Shown here in pieces: positions 6,916-16,884 of a stretch of 64,000 nt of DNA; position 1 is the first letter of the stretch; each line of letters starts with the position of its first letter. Below the pieces are notes generated by a model. It had not been told where the DNA came from, ran no database searches, and worked only from the letters and a program-made list of their open reading frames with translations. Both the position numbers and the translations under genes were made by a program. Source of the stretch: Candidatus Poribacteria bacterium (GTDB lineage Bacteria; Poribacteria; WGA-4E; WGA-3G); NCBI GenBank assembly GCA_965220065.1, contig OZ244804.1, forward strand, positions 5,434,346-5,498,345, in the 5' to 3' direction.

Positions 6916-9900
6916 TTATAGTGCAGGCAAATTTTTGACGATCTCCACCGTCTTCAAACTGACGGTGATAACACGCCCAACCAAATCCACAATATACCGC
7001 GGTTGATCAGCACGGTTCGGGTCATTCACAATTCCGCTCCGTTTGTCCGTCTTGACGCGATACTGATCCACCACCCACTCCAACGCTGAACGGTTGCCGA
7101 GCCGATACTTATAAGCCTCCGCAGGGATACCATCCAGCGTCAGGAACTCGTTGTATTTCAACTGCGTCTTATCTTTGGACAACCGCATCTTCTCAACGCG
7201 CCAATCTATCGGTAGCCCCGGCGTTTCGACGTTTCTTAGTTTATCGTATTTCGGAACGGATTCATAGTTGACGTGGAGGTCTGCTAACTCTGCACCGGCA
7301 TTAGCGAATCCCCAGAAGTCTTCGGCGTAGGGGATATGCGGGAGGTCGCGCTTGAGGTTCATCTCGTATTTCTCACGGTAGACGGGATGGTGCAGGAGAC
7401 CGTAGTTATAGTGGAAGATGTCCCACTTGGTAATGGTGTCGTCGTTGTAGTGGGTTCGGTATTCCGTTAACGCCCAATCGGTGATGTTCTCCTGTCGGTT
7501 GGTGCCGTCCTCATCGTAGGTGTAGAAGGGGAAGGATTGTTGTGGATCGCCATAGAAGTTCACATCGGGAATACATTGATTCATCAACACAGCAAACTCT
7601 TTTCGACCGTAACCCCCAACACAGATCACGCGGTTCTCGTTTTCAGTCTCTGGTATCGGAAAAACAGTGGGGAACACAAAGACACTATGATTCATAATTC
7701 GGTCAAAGAATAGATGTGTCTTTGTAAAGGGGCGGTAGAGAGCATATCGGAGTTTCGCATCTGAAAACTCAGCTATTTTGCCACTCTTAAACTGCCGTTT
7801 TAAAGCAGAACTCCAGCTGATTTTAGTATTGTCATACTCTACGAAATTATCTATATTCACAATTGACTTCTCTGGTGTGACCAGCCACTTTAATACCTGG
7901 GCATTGTAGAATCCTATCGTTTTCTGAACATTTTCAGCAAGAGTATCTTGGTTAAAATTGTAGACCCACGCATCGCGATTTGTACCGACTCCGAGGCTAT
8001 AGGTTTTATAGATAACACCCACCGTTGCACCTTTTATTCCTTTTGCTTCCTTCGTTCCTATCGGAATAAAGGTATCAAACTCGGGGTGGAGTCCTTCGGT
8101 GAGCCATGTATATCGGCCGTCGGGTGTCATCTGCTGCCACTCAATGTTTTGGTAGTGCTCCTTTGAATTGAGGTAATTATATTTTTCTTCTTTGCGCCAA
8201 AATTCGTCAACGCGAGCATAGAAGATTTCGGCGGGTTTTGAATCTGTTCTAACTGTACTTCTCTTGACGAAAAAATTGACGCTTACTCCGACCTGAATCC
8301 CGAAGACATTATGTGTTGTCCCTGACAACTTCGTATTCTGGCGGACATTCCCACCCAGATCCAGAATGTAAATTGCGTCAAAATCCTGCGCGAGGTGTTT
8401 CCGCATTCCATCAAATGTTGTTCTGTCCAGAAAACCGCTGTTTGTCACAAATGCTACAACGCCTTCTTCTCCAATTCGCTTTGATGCCCACAGGATCGCC
8501 TTTACATACGGATCTGAGAGTGATCTTTTGTTCGTCGCCTTTGAGGCACGCGAATATGTTTTTCGCAACAAAGCATCCATCGTCTCATACGTCCGATTTT
8601 TATTATTGTCGTTCTCGTTCACCTGTCCCATGTTATAGGGTGGATTGCCAATAACGACGAACATGTCCGCCGCCTTCTGTCTCTCGACCCGTTCTGTGTT
8701 TTCCTGTGTGAAGAGTTCTCCTTGTTCCTGCTCCATTAACTCAAACGTGTCAGCAAGCGCGATCCCTTCAAACGGCAGATACATCCCCGTGCGTTGGTAG
8801 TACTCCTGTTCGATGTTCAGGCTGGCGATGTAGTAAGGTAGGAGCATCACTTCGTTGCAGTGGAGTTCGTGACGGTATTTTTCCTCTAATGCCGTGCCTC
8901 GGATGTCCCGCATGAGTCGGACGATGAAGTTGCCCGTTCCGACGAACGGATCGATAATATGCACGCCGGTATCCGACAGCGACCGACCGAACTCGGTCTC
9001 CAAGATATGTGCGACGCTGTTGACCATGAAATCGACAATCGGTTGCGGTGTGTAGACGATGCCGTGTGTGTCCGCTACGTCCTCAGAGAATCCCTGAAAG
9101 AATTTTTCATAAAAGGTGTTGAGGAAATGCTGTTTTTGGGAGAAGTCTTTACAGAGCGCGGCGGCTTGCTCAATGGCGACATAGAACCGATCTAACGGTT
9201 TAAGAAACTCCTCGCGACTGAACGCCTCTCGGATGAGTTCATCAACGACATTTTCAATTTCACGTGCGATGATATTTCGGCGGGTGAAAGCGGAGTTGTT
9301 AAAGACGGTACGGAAGATTCGCTCGGTGAGAATATGTTGGATGAGCATCTCTTCGACGGCATCCTGTGAAAGTTCCGGGTTGATGGAGGTGCGGCAGGTA
9401 TCGTAGAAGTCGGTGAACGCCTTTTTGAAGGCTGGATCGGTTTCGTGGCGTTGCTCAATGAGTGCCTTTAGTTTGTTTGCGAGGTCTGGTACGTGTTCTC
9501 TGAAATCGGAAACTGCGGTCTGCCAGTTGCCGAGCGCGGGTGGGACGTAGGCGAACAGGTATTGGAGTGCGGCAATCAGATTGACGGGTTCGGTGATGTC
9601 GAGATCCAGCACCTCCACACCGTTCTGATACAGGATAACGCGTTGTGGGGTTTGGAAGAGAATATTGTCAAATGGGTAACCCGCCTCGCGTTTTTCCTGC
9701 ACCGCTCTGGCAAGGTTGTCGTCTATATCCTTCGCTTCCCAATAGGCGAGCGGGAGTCCGATTTCGTCGATGATTGCGCCATCAATAACGATGCGATTTC
9801 CTTTTGGAGCGCGCATCGGGTATTGTGGGACGAGCGTAGCCTTCACCTGCTTCGCGCAGGCATGCAGGAGGGTTTCAAGCGGTGAGCTGACGGCACCTTC

Positions 9901-9990
9901 GTGTGTAATGTCGTGTTGTTCGTATTGCTGCAGCGTGGCATAGTAGTCTCGGACTGCTTTGTGGTTGGGTTTGAGATTGAGTTTCGGCAT
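6916..9990 (-). CDS. Single-chain Type IIG / Type ISP-like restriction-modification enzyme (nuclease + N6-adenine MTase + specificity domain, no helicase)
   Basis: N-terminal D...WEAKD PD-(D/E)XK-like motif; GIVYTP; motif I IIDPFVGTGNF; motif IV GNPPY; C-terminal LYRPF, DIFHYNYGLLH, RSALEWVVDQY typical of ISP C-terminal regions. No DEAD/helicase motifs seen. Confidence 0.85.
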   Translation of the reverse strand: MPKLNLKPNHKAVRDYYATLQQYEQHDITHEGAVSSPLETLLHACAKQVKATLVPQYPMRAPKGNRIVIDGAIIDEIGLPLAYWEAKDIDDNLARAVQEKREAGYPFDNILFQTPQRVILYQNGVEVLDLDITEPVNLIAALQYLFAYVPPALGNWQTAVSDFREHVPDLANKLKALIEQRHETDPAFKKAFTDFYDTCRTSINPELSQDAVEEMLIQHILTERIFRTVFNNSAFTRRNIIAREIENVVDELIREAFSREEFLKPLDRFYVAIEQAAALCKDFSQKQHFLNTFYEKFFQGFSEDVADTHGIVYTPQPIVDFMVNSVAHILETEFGRSLSDTGVHIIDPFVGTGNFIVRLMRDIRGTALEEKYRHELHCNEVMLLPYYIASLNIEQEYYQRTGMYLPFEGIALADTFELMEQEQGELFTQENTERVERQKAADMFVVIGNPPYNMGQVNENDNNKNRTYETMDALLRKTYSRASKATNKRSLSDPYVKAILWASKRIGEEGVVAFVTNSGFLDRTTFDGMRKHLAQDFDAIYILDLGGNVRQNTKLSGTTHNVFGIQVGVSVNFFVKRSTVRTDSKPAEIFYARVDEFWRKEEKYNYLNSKEHYQNIEWQQMTPDGRYTWLTEGLHPEFDTFIPIGTKEAKGIKGATVGVIYKTYSLGVGTNRDAWVYNFNQDTLAENVQKTIGFYNAQVLKWLVTPEKSIVNIDNFVEYDNTKISWSSALKRQFKSGKIAEFSDAKLRYALYRPFTKTHLFFDRIMNHSVFVFPTVFPIPETENENRVICVGGYGRKEFAVLMNQCIPDVNFYGDPQQSFPFYTYDEDGTNRQENITDWALTEYRTHYNDDTITKWDIFHYNYGLLHHPVYREKYEMNLKRDLPHIPYAEDFWGFANAGAELADLHVNYESVPKYDKLRNVETPGLPIDWRVEKMRLSKDKTQLKYNEFLTLDGIPAEAYKYRLGNRSALEWVVDQYRVKTDKRSGIVNDPNRADQPRYIVDLVGRVITVSLKTVEIVKNLPAL

Positions 9991-10233
9991 AGCGGTATGA
10001 TAGCAGGTTTTGGGGGTAAGTCAAGAAAATTTGGGATAGAGATACATAGATATGTTATACTAAAATTATACAAGTTGCCACCGTTTTATCAATATAACAG
10101 CCCTTAGCAAGTTTCAATCCTTAACGTTCAAGTTTTGAATCCCCAATTGGGTTGGAAAGTTGGAAGTTTGGAAGTTCGGAATCCAGACACGCTCTAAATA
10201 CTTTTCACCCATCATTTCAATAAGGAGAAAACG

Positions 10234-10605
10234 ATGGACGGGAAACATCTACCTTGGCATTTACCCCTAACGGATTGGTTTCTGGGAGCGACGGTTTTAT
10301 TCGCAACCACTGGTACTGTCATCCTGTGTCGGTTTTTATGGCGGAAGTGGCAAGCGTGGCGGATTCAAAAGTTTCTCGAACAACGGTCAGCACTTGCATC
10401 ACCGGGCGCGCAGCAACTGACGGCACACGATAAGCAGGTCCTAACGAGGAGGATTCGGCGATCGGGAAACGAGCGTTTGGAGAAAAGTTTCGCCTTCCAA
10501 GGGAATGCCGATCTCTACGTTGCTATTGGGCTTTTCGGACTGGCAATGATCGCTTTGGTCTTGTTAGCCCTCGCAAATGGCTTCCACAAACACGGACTCC
10601 CATAA
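10234..10605 (+). CDS. Hypothetical membrane protein (two hydrophobic segments)
   Basis: AAGGAG RBS, two TM-like stretches, followed by an intrinsic terminator. Confidence 0.7.
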   Translation: MDGKHLPWHLPLTDWFLGATVLFATTGTVILCRFLWRKWQAWRIQKFLEQRSALASPGAQQLTAHDKQVLTRRIRRSGNERLEKSFAFQGNADLYVAIGLFGLAMIALVLLALANGFHKHGLP

Positions 10606-10622
10606 ATTCGGATATAATCGGC

Positions 10623-10652
10623 GCGGTGGACTTTGGTTCACCGCTTTTTTTT
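10623..10652 (+). terminator. Rho-independent terminator
   Basis: GCGGTGGAC-TTTG-GTTCACCGC followed by T8. Confidence 0.85.
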
Positions 10653-10941
10653 CAATGACCCTTAATTAAATCCGTGATAAAATATCAAACGAATGATTAA
10701 GACGAGTTAAGCGTCTACCCACGCATCACACATTTAACTCCATGTATCGTCACGAATTCTCAATTCCCAACTCTCTTCATAATTAAACGTGAGTTTAAAA
10801 ATAAAAATTGAAGCGTCTCGTAGGGAATCAACGCTGAATGCGCGTGTGGCATTCAACGGGGTTGAACGGAAATCTACTAAAAATCGTACACAGTACAGAG
10901 TGCTCAAGAGAGCAGAGAAACCTGGAATCACCAAAAACCGA

Positions 10942-11077
10942 GTGAAACCCAACACATTGTGATACTGACACGGTTTAGAATGTTGGGTTTCGCTAAACCT
11001 ATCTACCCGAAGGGTTCATTGAAGAACAGAACGCTGTGTATAGCGAAAATGCGCTTGTGGCTTTACCGCTCAACCCC
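10942..11077. repeat. Degenerate REP/REPIN-like repeats (GTTGGGTTTCG...CTCAACCC family)
   Basis: GTGAAACCCAACA 10942-10954, TGTTGGGTTTCGC 10981-10993, GCTCAACCC ~11068; related to 16703 and 19589. Confidence 0.6.
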
Positions 11078-11190
11078 GGTTCATGCTTTATAGCATGAAT
11101 ACCGTTGATTCCCTACATCCATATTTGTATTTCATTTTCCAACCCACGTTTAATTATCAAGTTCACGTTAATTAAAGGAGGTTATGACAG

Positions 11191-11949
11191 ATGAAAACCG
11201 TAATGGCGAATTTAATGCTTGTGATTTTAATCGTCCTGAGTCTAATGTTTGCGGACACGAGCACTGCAGAATTTGATATAGAAACCGTTACTGGAATGTG
11301 GCTTTTTGATGAGGGCAAGGGGAATACAGCAACGGATTCCTCTGAAAATGGTAACGATGGGAAATTCGAGAACGATCCGAAATGGACAAAGGACGGTAAG
11401 TTCGGATCGGCATTGGAGTTTGATGGAAACGAGAGTAAGGGACATGTCGTTGTCGGTGATTTGGGCTTGTCTGGGGAGGTTACATTGGTTTTGTGGGCAA
11501 ATCCGAGGGATGCCGCCAATGATGATCGGTTGATATCGAACATCAACGGTCCCACAAACCCGGCTTTCACGACTCGGTACCAAGGTGAAACCGTTGAAAT
11601 CTGGAGTAGCGCGTGGAAACCTGTCATCCCTAAATTTGATGACAATAAATGGGGACACTATGCGTTTGTATTCGATGGTGAGGGAAATGTAACGGGCTAT
11701 TACAATGGCGAAGAAGGTGAGACAGTTGCCGATACTTATACGTTTACGGAGATCGGTATTGGTGCGAATTTTTTAGATCAATGGGGTCAATATTTTTCCG
11801 GTCTCTTTGATGAAATTGCGTTTTTCAGTGTCGCGCTCACTAAAGATGACATCGAAGTCGTCATGACAAAAGGGCTGAAATCCGCGTTGGCTGTTTATCC
11901 CGCTGGGAAATTAACCACCATGTGGGGAAATATAAAAACCCACCCGTAA
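11191..11949 (+). CDS. LamG-like jellyroll domain protein with C-terminal TMWGNIK tag
   Basis: Signal peptide, GMWLFDEG.G..A.DSS.NGNDG, GKFGSALEFDG, WGHYAFVFDG, FDEIAFF; ends LAVYPAGKLTTMWGNIKTHP. Confidence 0.9.
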   Translation: MKTVMANLMLVILIVLSLMFADTSTAEFDIETVTGMWLFDEGKGNTATDSSENGNDGKFENDPKWTKDGKFGSALEFDGNESKGHVVVGDLGLSGEVTLVLWANPRDAANDDRLISNINGPTNPAFTTRYQGETVEIWSSAWKPVIPKFDDNKWGHYAFVFDGEGNVTGYYNGEEGETVADTYTFTEIGIGANFLDQWGQYFSGLFDEIAFFSVALTKDDIEVVMTKGLKSALAVYPAGKLTTMWGNIKTHP

Positions 11950-12044
11950 GGAATTGATAACTTCTCACTGCGGCGGAGTGTCTAATTAATTCTAAACTTT
12001 ACTATAAACACCCTTGGAGACCTCAAAATATATGGAGAATACGC

Positions 12045-15000
12045 ATGGAATATCACGTACTCATTACCCTTTTTGTCATAGCGGCATTGGTCTTAGCAAG
12101 TGAACTCAGTAGTGTAACGGCGGGTGAAATCGGAGGTCTCGTCGGTCATTGGAATTTTGATGACGGAACCGGTACCGACCTCTCTGGAAACGGGAATCAC
12201 GCTGTGCTTGGCGGAGCAAAGATTTATTCACTCGGTGAAGGACGTGCTTGTATTGAAACGATGTCCAAAGCCGAACCGATACGGATTCCGGTGTCTGAGA
12301 ACTCTCCACTTGCGATCTCGCGCGGTACTATCTGTTTTTGGCTAAATACGATATCGGATCGGTCCAACATCCTCAGATATAACAACGACGCTCTCGAACT
12401 CAACACCTATCGTGGCTGTTTTCAGGTGCGTTTCCGAGGTGAAAAGGATTTTGAATACTGGGAAGGGATTCTTGACTACGACTGGCCCAAGTACGACATG
12501 CGTGAGTGGGCGTTCTATCCGCATGTGAAAGCCTCCATCGGTGATTCCGAATGGCATCTATTCGCCGTTGCTTATGACGACGAAGCGAAGCAAATCGTAG
12601 GGTGGCGCGATGGGGAGCAGATCGCAACAGTTGATTTGTCAACAGTGGATACAGAGCCGCTACTTCGAGAGGGTTTAACAGAGATTCACACGGATGAACG
12701 CTTTGTCGGTTATCTCGATGATCTGCGCATCTATAATAAACCACTCACGGATGCCGAAATCCGTCAGATTTACGATGAGACCAAAGCCATCTATGCTGGA
12801 AGGCAGGACACGAACCCTACTGAAAGACGGCAGAATACTTACAAGTACCAAGAAAGAGACAGGACGCTCTATAAGGCGTGGCTACAGTTCAATCCGCTCG
12901 ATACAGAACAACGCAGTCAGGATTTATTCAGAACCATCGTTGCTGAGGGCGCGAATTCGACTGTCCAGACGGCTGCTTCTGAATTGGCACAGGCGGCGGA
13001 ATCCATGTTTAATTTCAAGCCTTCCGTTTCAGATGCTACCACTGTCGCTGGACCGAAGGTTATCCTCGGAACAGCCGATACCTCCGACTGGATCCGTGAT
13101 CGTGCTGAAGACCTCCAACTGGATCGCATCGAAGGGGACGGGTTCGTCATCAAGGCGATGGAAGGGGCGGTCGTTGTTGCCGGGAGGATACCCGCAGGGG
13201 TTATTTTTGGCACCTTCGATCTGATGCGTCGTATCCAGATTGGACAGGATCCGCTCACACTCGATGTACTGGAAAATCCGCAGGTGCCTATCCGCATGGT
13301 TGCACACTGGTCCTACTTTCGCGGACTTTTCGGTGATAGATGGCGGGGTGGCGGCAGAGACGATTCAATTTTCAGTTGGGAGGAGTTGCGTACCGGCGAT
13401 ACCAAACGCATCCGAGATTGGGTACGTATGTTGGCATCGTGCGGTTGGAATGCGCTCTGTCCGAGTGAGATTAACTGGCACTACCGAAACAACTTTCTGG
13501 AACATCTCGATGAGGTCGAAAAACTGGCAGACATCTGTCGAGACTACGGCATCAAACTCTATTGGAGTCCGAATTATCTCCTTGCACTCGACCCACAGAC
13601 CGCCGACACTCTCTATGCACGCGTGCCTGACTTCGGTGGCTATATGATGAAACTCGGTTCAGAGAAACAGAACGGCGACCCACGTCCGCAAATGACAAAC
13701 CGGATTGCGGATACACTGAAACCGTATGGCGGGAAGGTACTTGTGCGTGCGTTCGTCTATGGTAACCTTCGGTATACACCCGAACCTTACCGCAACCTAA
13801 TCCCCCACGATCTGTTTGCCCACGAGGACGGCAATTTCCGAGACAACGTCATTATCGTCCCGAAAGGAAGTCCTATGGATTGGGATCTGTGGGCACCGAT
13901 CCCCGCACTCGACGGCGCGATTGAGAAAAATCTCTATGGAAGTGAGCTCGTCATTGACAAAAGTTGGCCCGTCTCCTGGATCAAGAAGTGGAAGTGGTGG
14001 TTTGAACAAGACACATACCGCAACGGACCGGGGAGCTTGAACAAATTTAGTGTCGATTGCATCATGGGTGTCGCTATGATCTCGCCATCGCCAGCGTGGA
14101 CGGAATCTCCATTGAACGCCGTGAATTATTACGGATTGGGGCGACTCTCTTGGAACCCAGACCTAACCGTGGATGAGATCTACACGGAATGGATTCAGCA
14201 GACATTTGGCAATGATTCAGAGGTACGTGGGACAGTCAAAACGATTCTGATGATGCTTGAAGAAGTGACGCGTAAGTCCTACAACTACCGGGGTTATCGC
14301 GGTATATGGCTCGATTCCAGCGACCCGGGTATGACGGAAAACAAGACTCCCTATGTTGTCAATGAAGAAGGTGTAGGTGTTATGACACCTGCGTTGCGTG
14401 AGCGCGTGTTGGCACAGTATGCGCCAGGGCTTCGCAAAATATATGGAGACCCGTTGCGTGGGGAAGCACACCTTGTTACCTTCCACTTCACAGAACACGA
14501 TCATCAACTTTCTATCGGCAGGACCCTCATACAAGACATCTACGCCAACATGGAAGAGGGTGTTGAGATGGCATTGCAAGCCGCCGAACTCTGGAAAACG
14601 CTTGAAGGTAAAGTAGATCCGCACAGATACGAATACACCTTAAAAACCTTGGTAGATTATGCGGCGTCCGTACGCAGCCTCACCCTTAAGAAATGGGTAA
14701 CGAACTTTGAGAAGTATACGGGCAGAAAACGCAAGGAAACACTCGCAGGATTGACTGCAGAAGCACTTGCGAAAGTGGGCACATACAACGTACGGCATTT
14801 CGGCACCCTTGCCGATGGCAAATCGAACGATGCGAACGCGATTAACGAAGCAATCAGTGCCTGCCACGCCGCTGGAGGTGGCACGGTCTTCGTGCCGTCC
14901 GGTGTCTACGCAATCGGTTCCATTCACCTGAAAAGTCATGTTACCCTCGCGATTGATGCGGGTGCTGTCTTTAAGTTTTCCTTTCCTGAGACAGATGCGT

Positions 15001-15395
15001 CTCTACTTGTCGGAATAGACTTAGAGAACGTAAAAATCTACGGTCCTGGGTTCCTCGACGGCAGGAACAACACGTGTATCACCTTGAAACGCTGTAAAAA
15101 CGTGGAAATCCGGAACTTGAACGTCTATAGAGGTGGTGATTCCGCGATTCTATCTGAAGGTTGTGATGGGTTGCTCGTCGACAACGCTGACATCCGAACA
15201 GATGGGAATGGGCTTCATCTCTCCGGGTGCCAGAACGTGACGATTGCTTACTGTCGTATCGACGCTGTGCGCCGCGAGTATGGAAGACCCATAGGAGGCG
15301 GTGAGGCAATCAACGTCCATGGCGAAACGCTCCCATCTGAAAACATCACTGTTCAAGATTGCTTCCTCGTCAACGGAGGGGATCCTCTTCAATGA
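12045..15395 (+). CDS. Secreted multidomain protein: LamG + GH67 alpha-glucuronidase-like + pectate-lyase-3/GH28-like beta-helix
   Basis: LVGHWNFDDG...YLDDLRIYN (LamG); PDFGGY..K..SE, RAFVY, DGNFRDNV, NYYGLGRLSWNPDL, EW..QTFG, GRTLIQDIY (GH67); YNVRHFG..ADGKSND..AI..AI..C...GGGTVFVPSG.Y (beta-helix). Confidence 0.85.
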   Translation: MEYHVLITLFVIAALVLASELSSVTAGEIGGLVGHWNFDDGTGTDLSGNGNHAVLGGAKIYSLGEGRACIETMSKAEPIRIPVSENSPLAISRGTICFWLNTISDRSNILRYNNDALELNTYRGCFQVRFRGEKDFEYWEGILDYDWPKYDMREWAFYPHVKASIGDSEWHLFAVAYDDEAKQIVGWRDGEQIATVDLSTVDTEPLLREGLTEIHTDERFVGYLDDLRIYNKPLTDAEIRQIYDETKAIYAGRQDTNPTERRQNTYKYQERDRTLYKAWLQFNPLDTEQRSQDLFRTIVAEGANSTVQTAASELAQAAESMFNFKPSVSDATTVAGPKVILGTADTSDWIRDRAEDLQLDRIEGDGFVIKAMEGAVVVAGRIPAGVIFGTFDLMRRIQIGQDPLTLDVLENPQVPIRMVAHWSYFRGLFGDRWRGGGRDDSIFSWEELRTGDTKRIRDWVRMLASCGWNALCPSEINWHYRNNFLEHLDEVEKLADICRDYGIKLYWSPNYLLALDPQTADTLYARVPDFGGYMMKLGSEKQNGDPRPQMTNRIADTLKPYGGKVLVRAFVYGNLRYTPEPYRNLIPHDLFAHEDGNFRDNVIIVPKGSPMDWDLWAPIPALDGAIEKNLYGSELVIDKSWPVSWIKKWKWWFEQDTYRNGPGSLNKFSVDCIMGVAMISPSPAWTESPLNAVNYYGLGRLSWNPDLTVDEIYTEWIQQTFGNDSEVRGTVKTILMMLEEVTRKSYNYRGYRGIWLDSSDPGMTENKTPYVVNEEGVGVMTPALRERVLAQYAPGLRKIYGDPLRGEAHLVTFHFTEHDHQLSIGRTLIQDIYANMEEGVEMALQAAELWKTLEGKVDPHRYEYTLKTLVDYAASVRSLTLKKWVTNFEKYTGRKRKETLAGLTAEALAKVGTYNVRHFGTLADGKSNDANAINEAISACHAAGGGTVFVPSGVYAIGSIHLKSHVTLAIDAGAVFKFSFPETDASLLVGIDLENVKIYGPGFLDGRNNTCITLKRCKNVEIRNLNVYRGGDSAILSEGCDGLLVDNADIRTDGNGLHLSGCQNVTIAYCRIDAVRREYGRPIGGGEAINVHGETLPSENITVQDCFLVNGGDPLQ

Positions 15396-16633
15396 AGATC
15401 ACGGAAATTGAAGTTCACGAGATCACGCTTGAATACAAGGATTTTCTCGCCTACCAACTCAATCACTACTACGGTCCAATCCGGCGTACTGTCTATGTTG
15501 CTCGGACAGATACGGGCTTGGAGGGGTTGGGTGAGAGCGGGAGACGCGAACCTCAAGATGTGATTGATCCGTACATCGGGACAAATCCGTTTGACTGGAT
15601 GGGAGATGAGACCTCGCTTGGACTCGGAACGGCGATGTACGACTTGATGGGGAAAGCGGCAGGCGTGCCGGTGTATAAGTTATTCGGACAAAAGTATCGT
15701 TCATGGGTGCCTGTGGGCTGTTGGACTGTTTCGACCGACCCCACGCGCATGGCAAAAACCGTTGCTACATACGCCGCGCAAGGGTACACATGGATGAAAT
15801 ATCATCTCTCACCTTTTGAGAATGTCCTCGATCAGACCGAGGCGATGGAAGCCGTTGCACCGGAGGGGTTCAAGATCCACTACGACTTCACGATGGGCGG
15901 GACAGATGACCACATCCCTGAATTGGTTGATGCGTTGTCTCAATACCGGATCGCGGGTTGCTTTGAAGATCCATTACCCGGTGAAGACATACAGGGTTAC
16001 ATCGAACTCCGCCAACGCTCACGATTGCCGATTGTACTCCACCATTTTCCGATGGGAGCAACCTACGAAGTATTCATGAGACCTGCGGACATTTACATGC
16101 TCGGTCACGCGAAGATTGGCGATGCTATCCGACGCGCAGGGCTGTTTGCGGCGAAGGAGAGTCCGTTCATGCTTCAGAATGTGGGTGGGAATATCACGCG
16201 TGCGATGACAACCCACATGATGGCGGCGTTTCCAACGGCGACTTTCCATTTTCATTCAGATACTGAGACGTGGAAAACGGATGTGGTCAACGAGAACTTG
16301 ACACCGATTAACGGATTTGTGCGTGTCCCTGAATCCCCCGGACTCGGCGTGACGCTGAATCGTGATGAATTAGAGCGTCTGAAGTCTTTAAAACTACCGG
16401 AACAGGAACGGTGGATTCTCAAATCTCAATTCAAAAACGGGACGAGGATGTATAACATCGCCGATCCAAAAAATTCGCTTTTCATGGTGCGCCCGGATCG
16501 TAGCAGGCTAATTCCAATGCGCTACACTGCTCCTATTTCTACGACGTATTGGGATGACGATGGCAGTGCTGAATACCAAGAGACCTTCGCGCGTATTGAG
16601 CGGGAAGGCGTGGTTTTGGAGAAGAGTGTGTAG
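15392..16633 (+). CDS. Mandelate racemase/muconate lactonizing enzyme (enolase superfamily) dehydratase
   Basis: TDTGLEGLGE, AMYDLMGKAAGVPVYKLFG, FEDP, P..PGLGV. Likely start ATG 15392 overlaps the upstream TGA (ATGA), suggesting translational coupling. Confidence 0.9.
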   Translation: MKITEIEVHEITLEYKDFLAYQLNHYYGPIRRTVYVARTDTGLEGLGESGRREPQDVIDPYIGTNPFDWMGDETSLGLGTAMYDLMGKAAGVPVYKLFGQKYRSWVPVGCWTVSTDPTRMAKTVATYAAQGYTWMKYHLSPFENVLDQTEAMEAVAPEGFKIHYDFTMGGTDDHIPELVDALSQYRIAGCFEDPLPGEDIQGYIELRQRSRLPIVLHHFPMGATYEVFMRPADIYMLGHAKIGDAIRRAGLFAAKESPFMLQNVGGNITRAMTTHMMAAFPTATFHFHSDTETWKTDVVNENLTPINGFVRVPESPGLGVTLNRDELERLKSLKLPEQERWILKSQFKNGTRMYNIADPKNSLFMVRPDRSRLIPMRYTAPISTTYWDDDGSAEYQETFARIEREGVVLEKSV

Positions 16634-16702
16634 GAACTATTGTCTGAATCGCGGATTGCGGATACTTTCGTCTGAATCAGGATTTACTGGATTAGATACT
16701 CA

Positions 16703-16737
16703 GTTGGGTTTCGCTGGGGATACTCAACCCGACCTAC
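16703..16737 (-). repeat. GTAG-type REP (GTAGGTCGGGTTGAG...CGAAACCCAAC)
   Basis: Palindromic arms with a GTAG foot on the minus strand; intergenic. Confidence 0.75.
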
Positions 16738-16791
16738 AAGAACCGTCGGAGAAATTCTCAGAAATACCCATTTCCATTTTTTTTACCAATA

Positions 16792-16823
16792 TGCACCCTT
16801 TTCGCCGATAAATGTGTCTTTAA
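16792..16823 (+). promoter_or_regulatory. Putative ECF-sigma promoter (copy 1)
   Basis: TGCACC-CTTTTCGCCGATAAATGT-GTCTTTAA, closely matching 25751 and 25886. Confidence 0.55.
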
Positions 16824-16884
16824 GTTACAAGGTATGGAGAAGTTATAAAGCGTAGAAAATCTTGTCAAGGCGAAAACAAGGAGA

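Noticed and set aside
10734-10955. 73-aa minus ORF
   Set aside because: Built largely from repeat sequence (REP arms and a palindrome); no coding signal.
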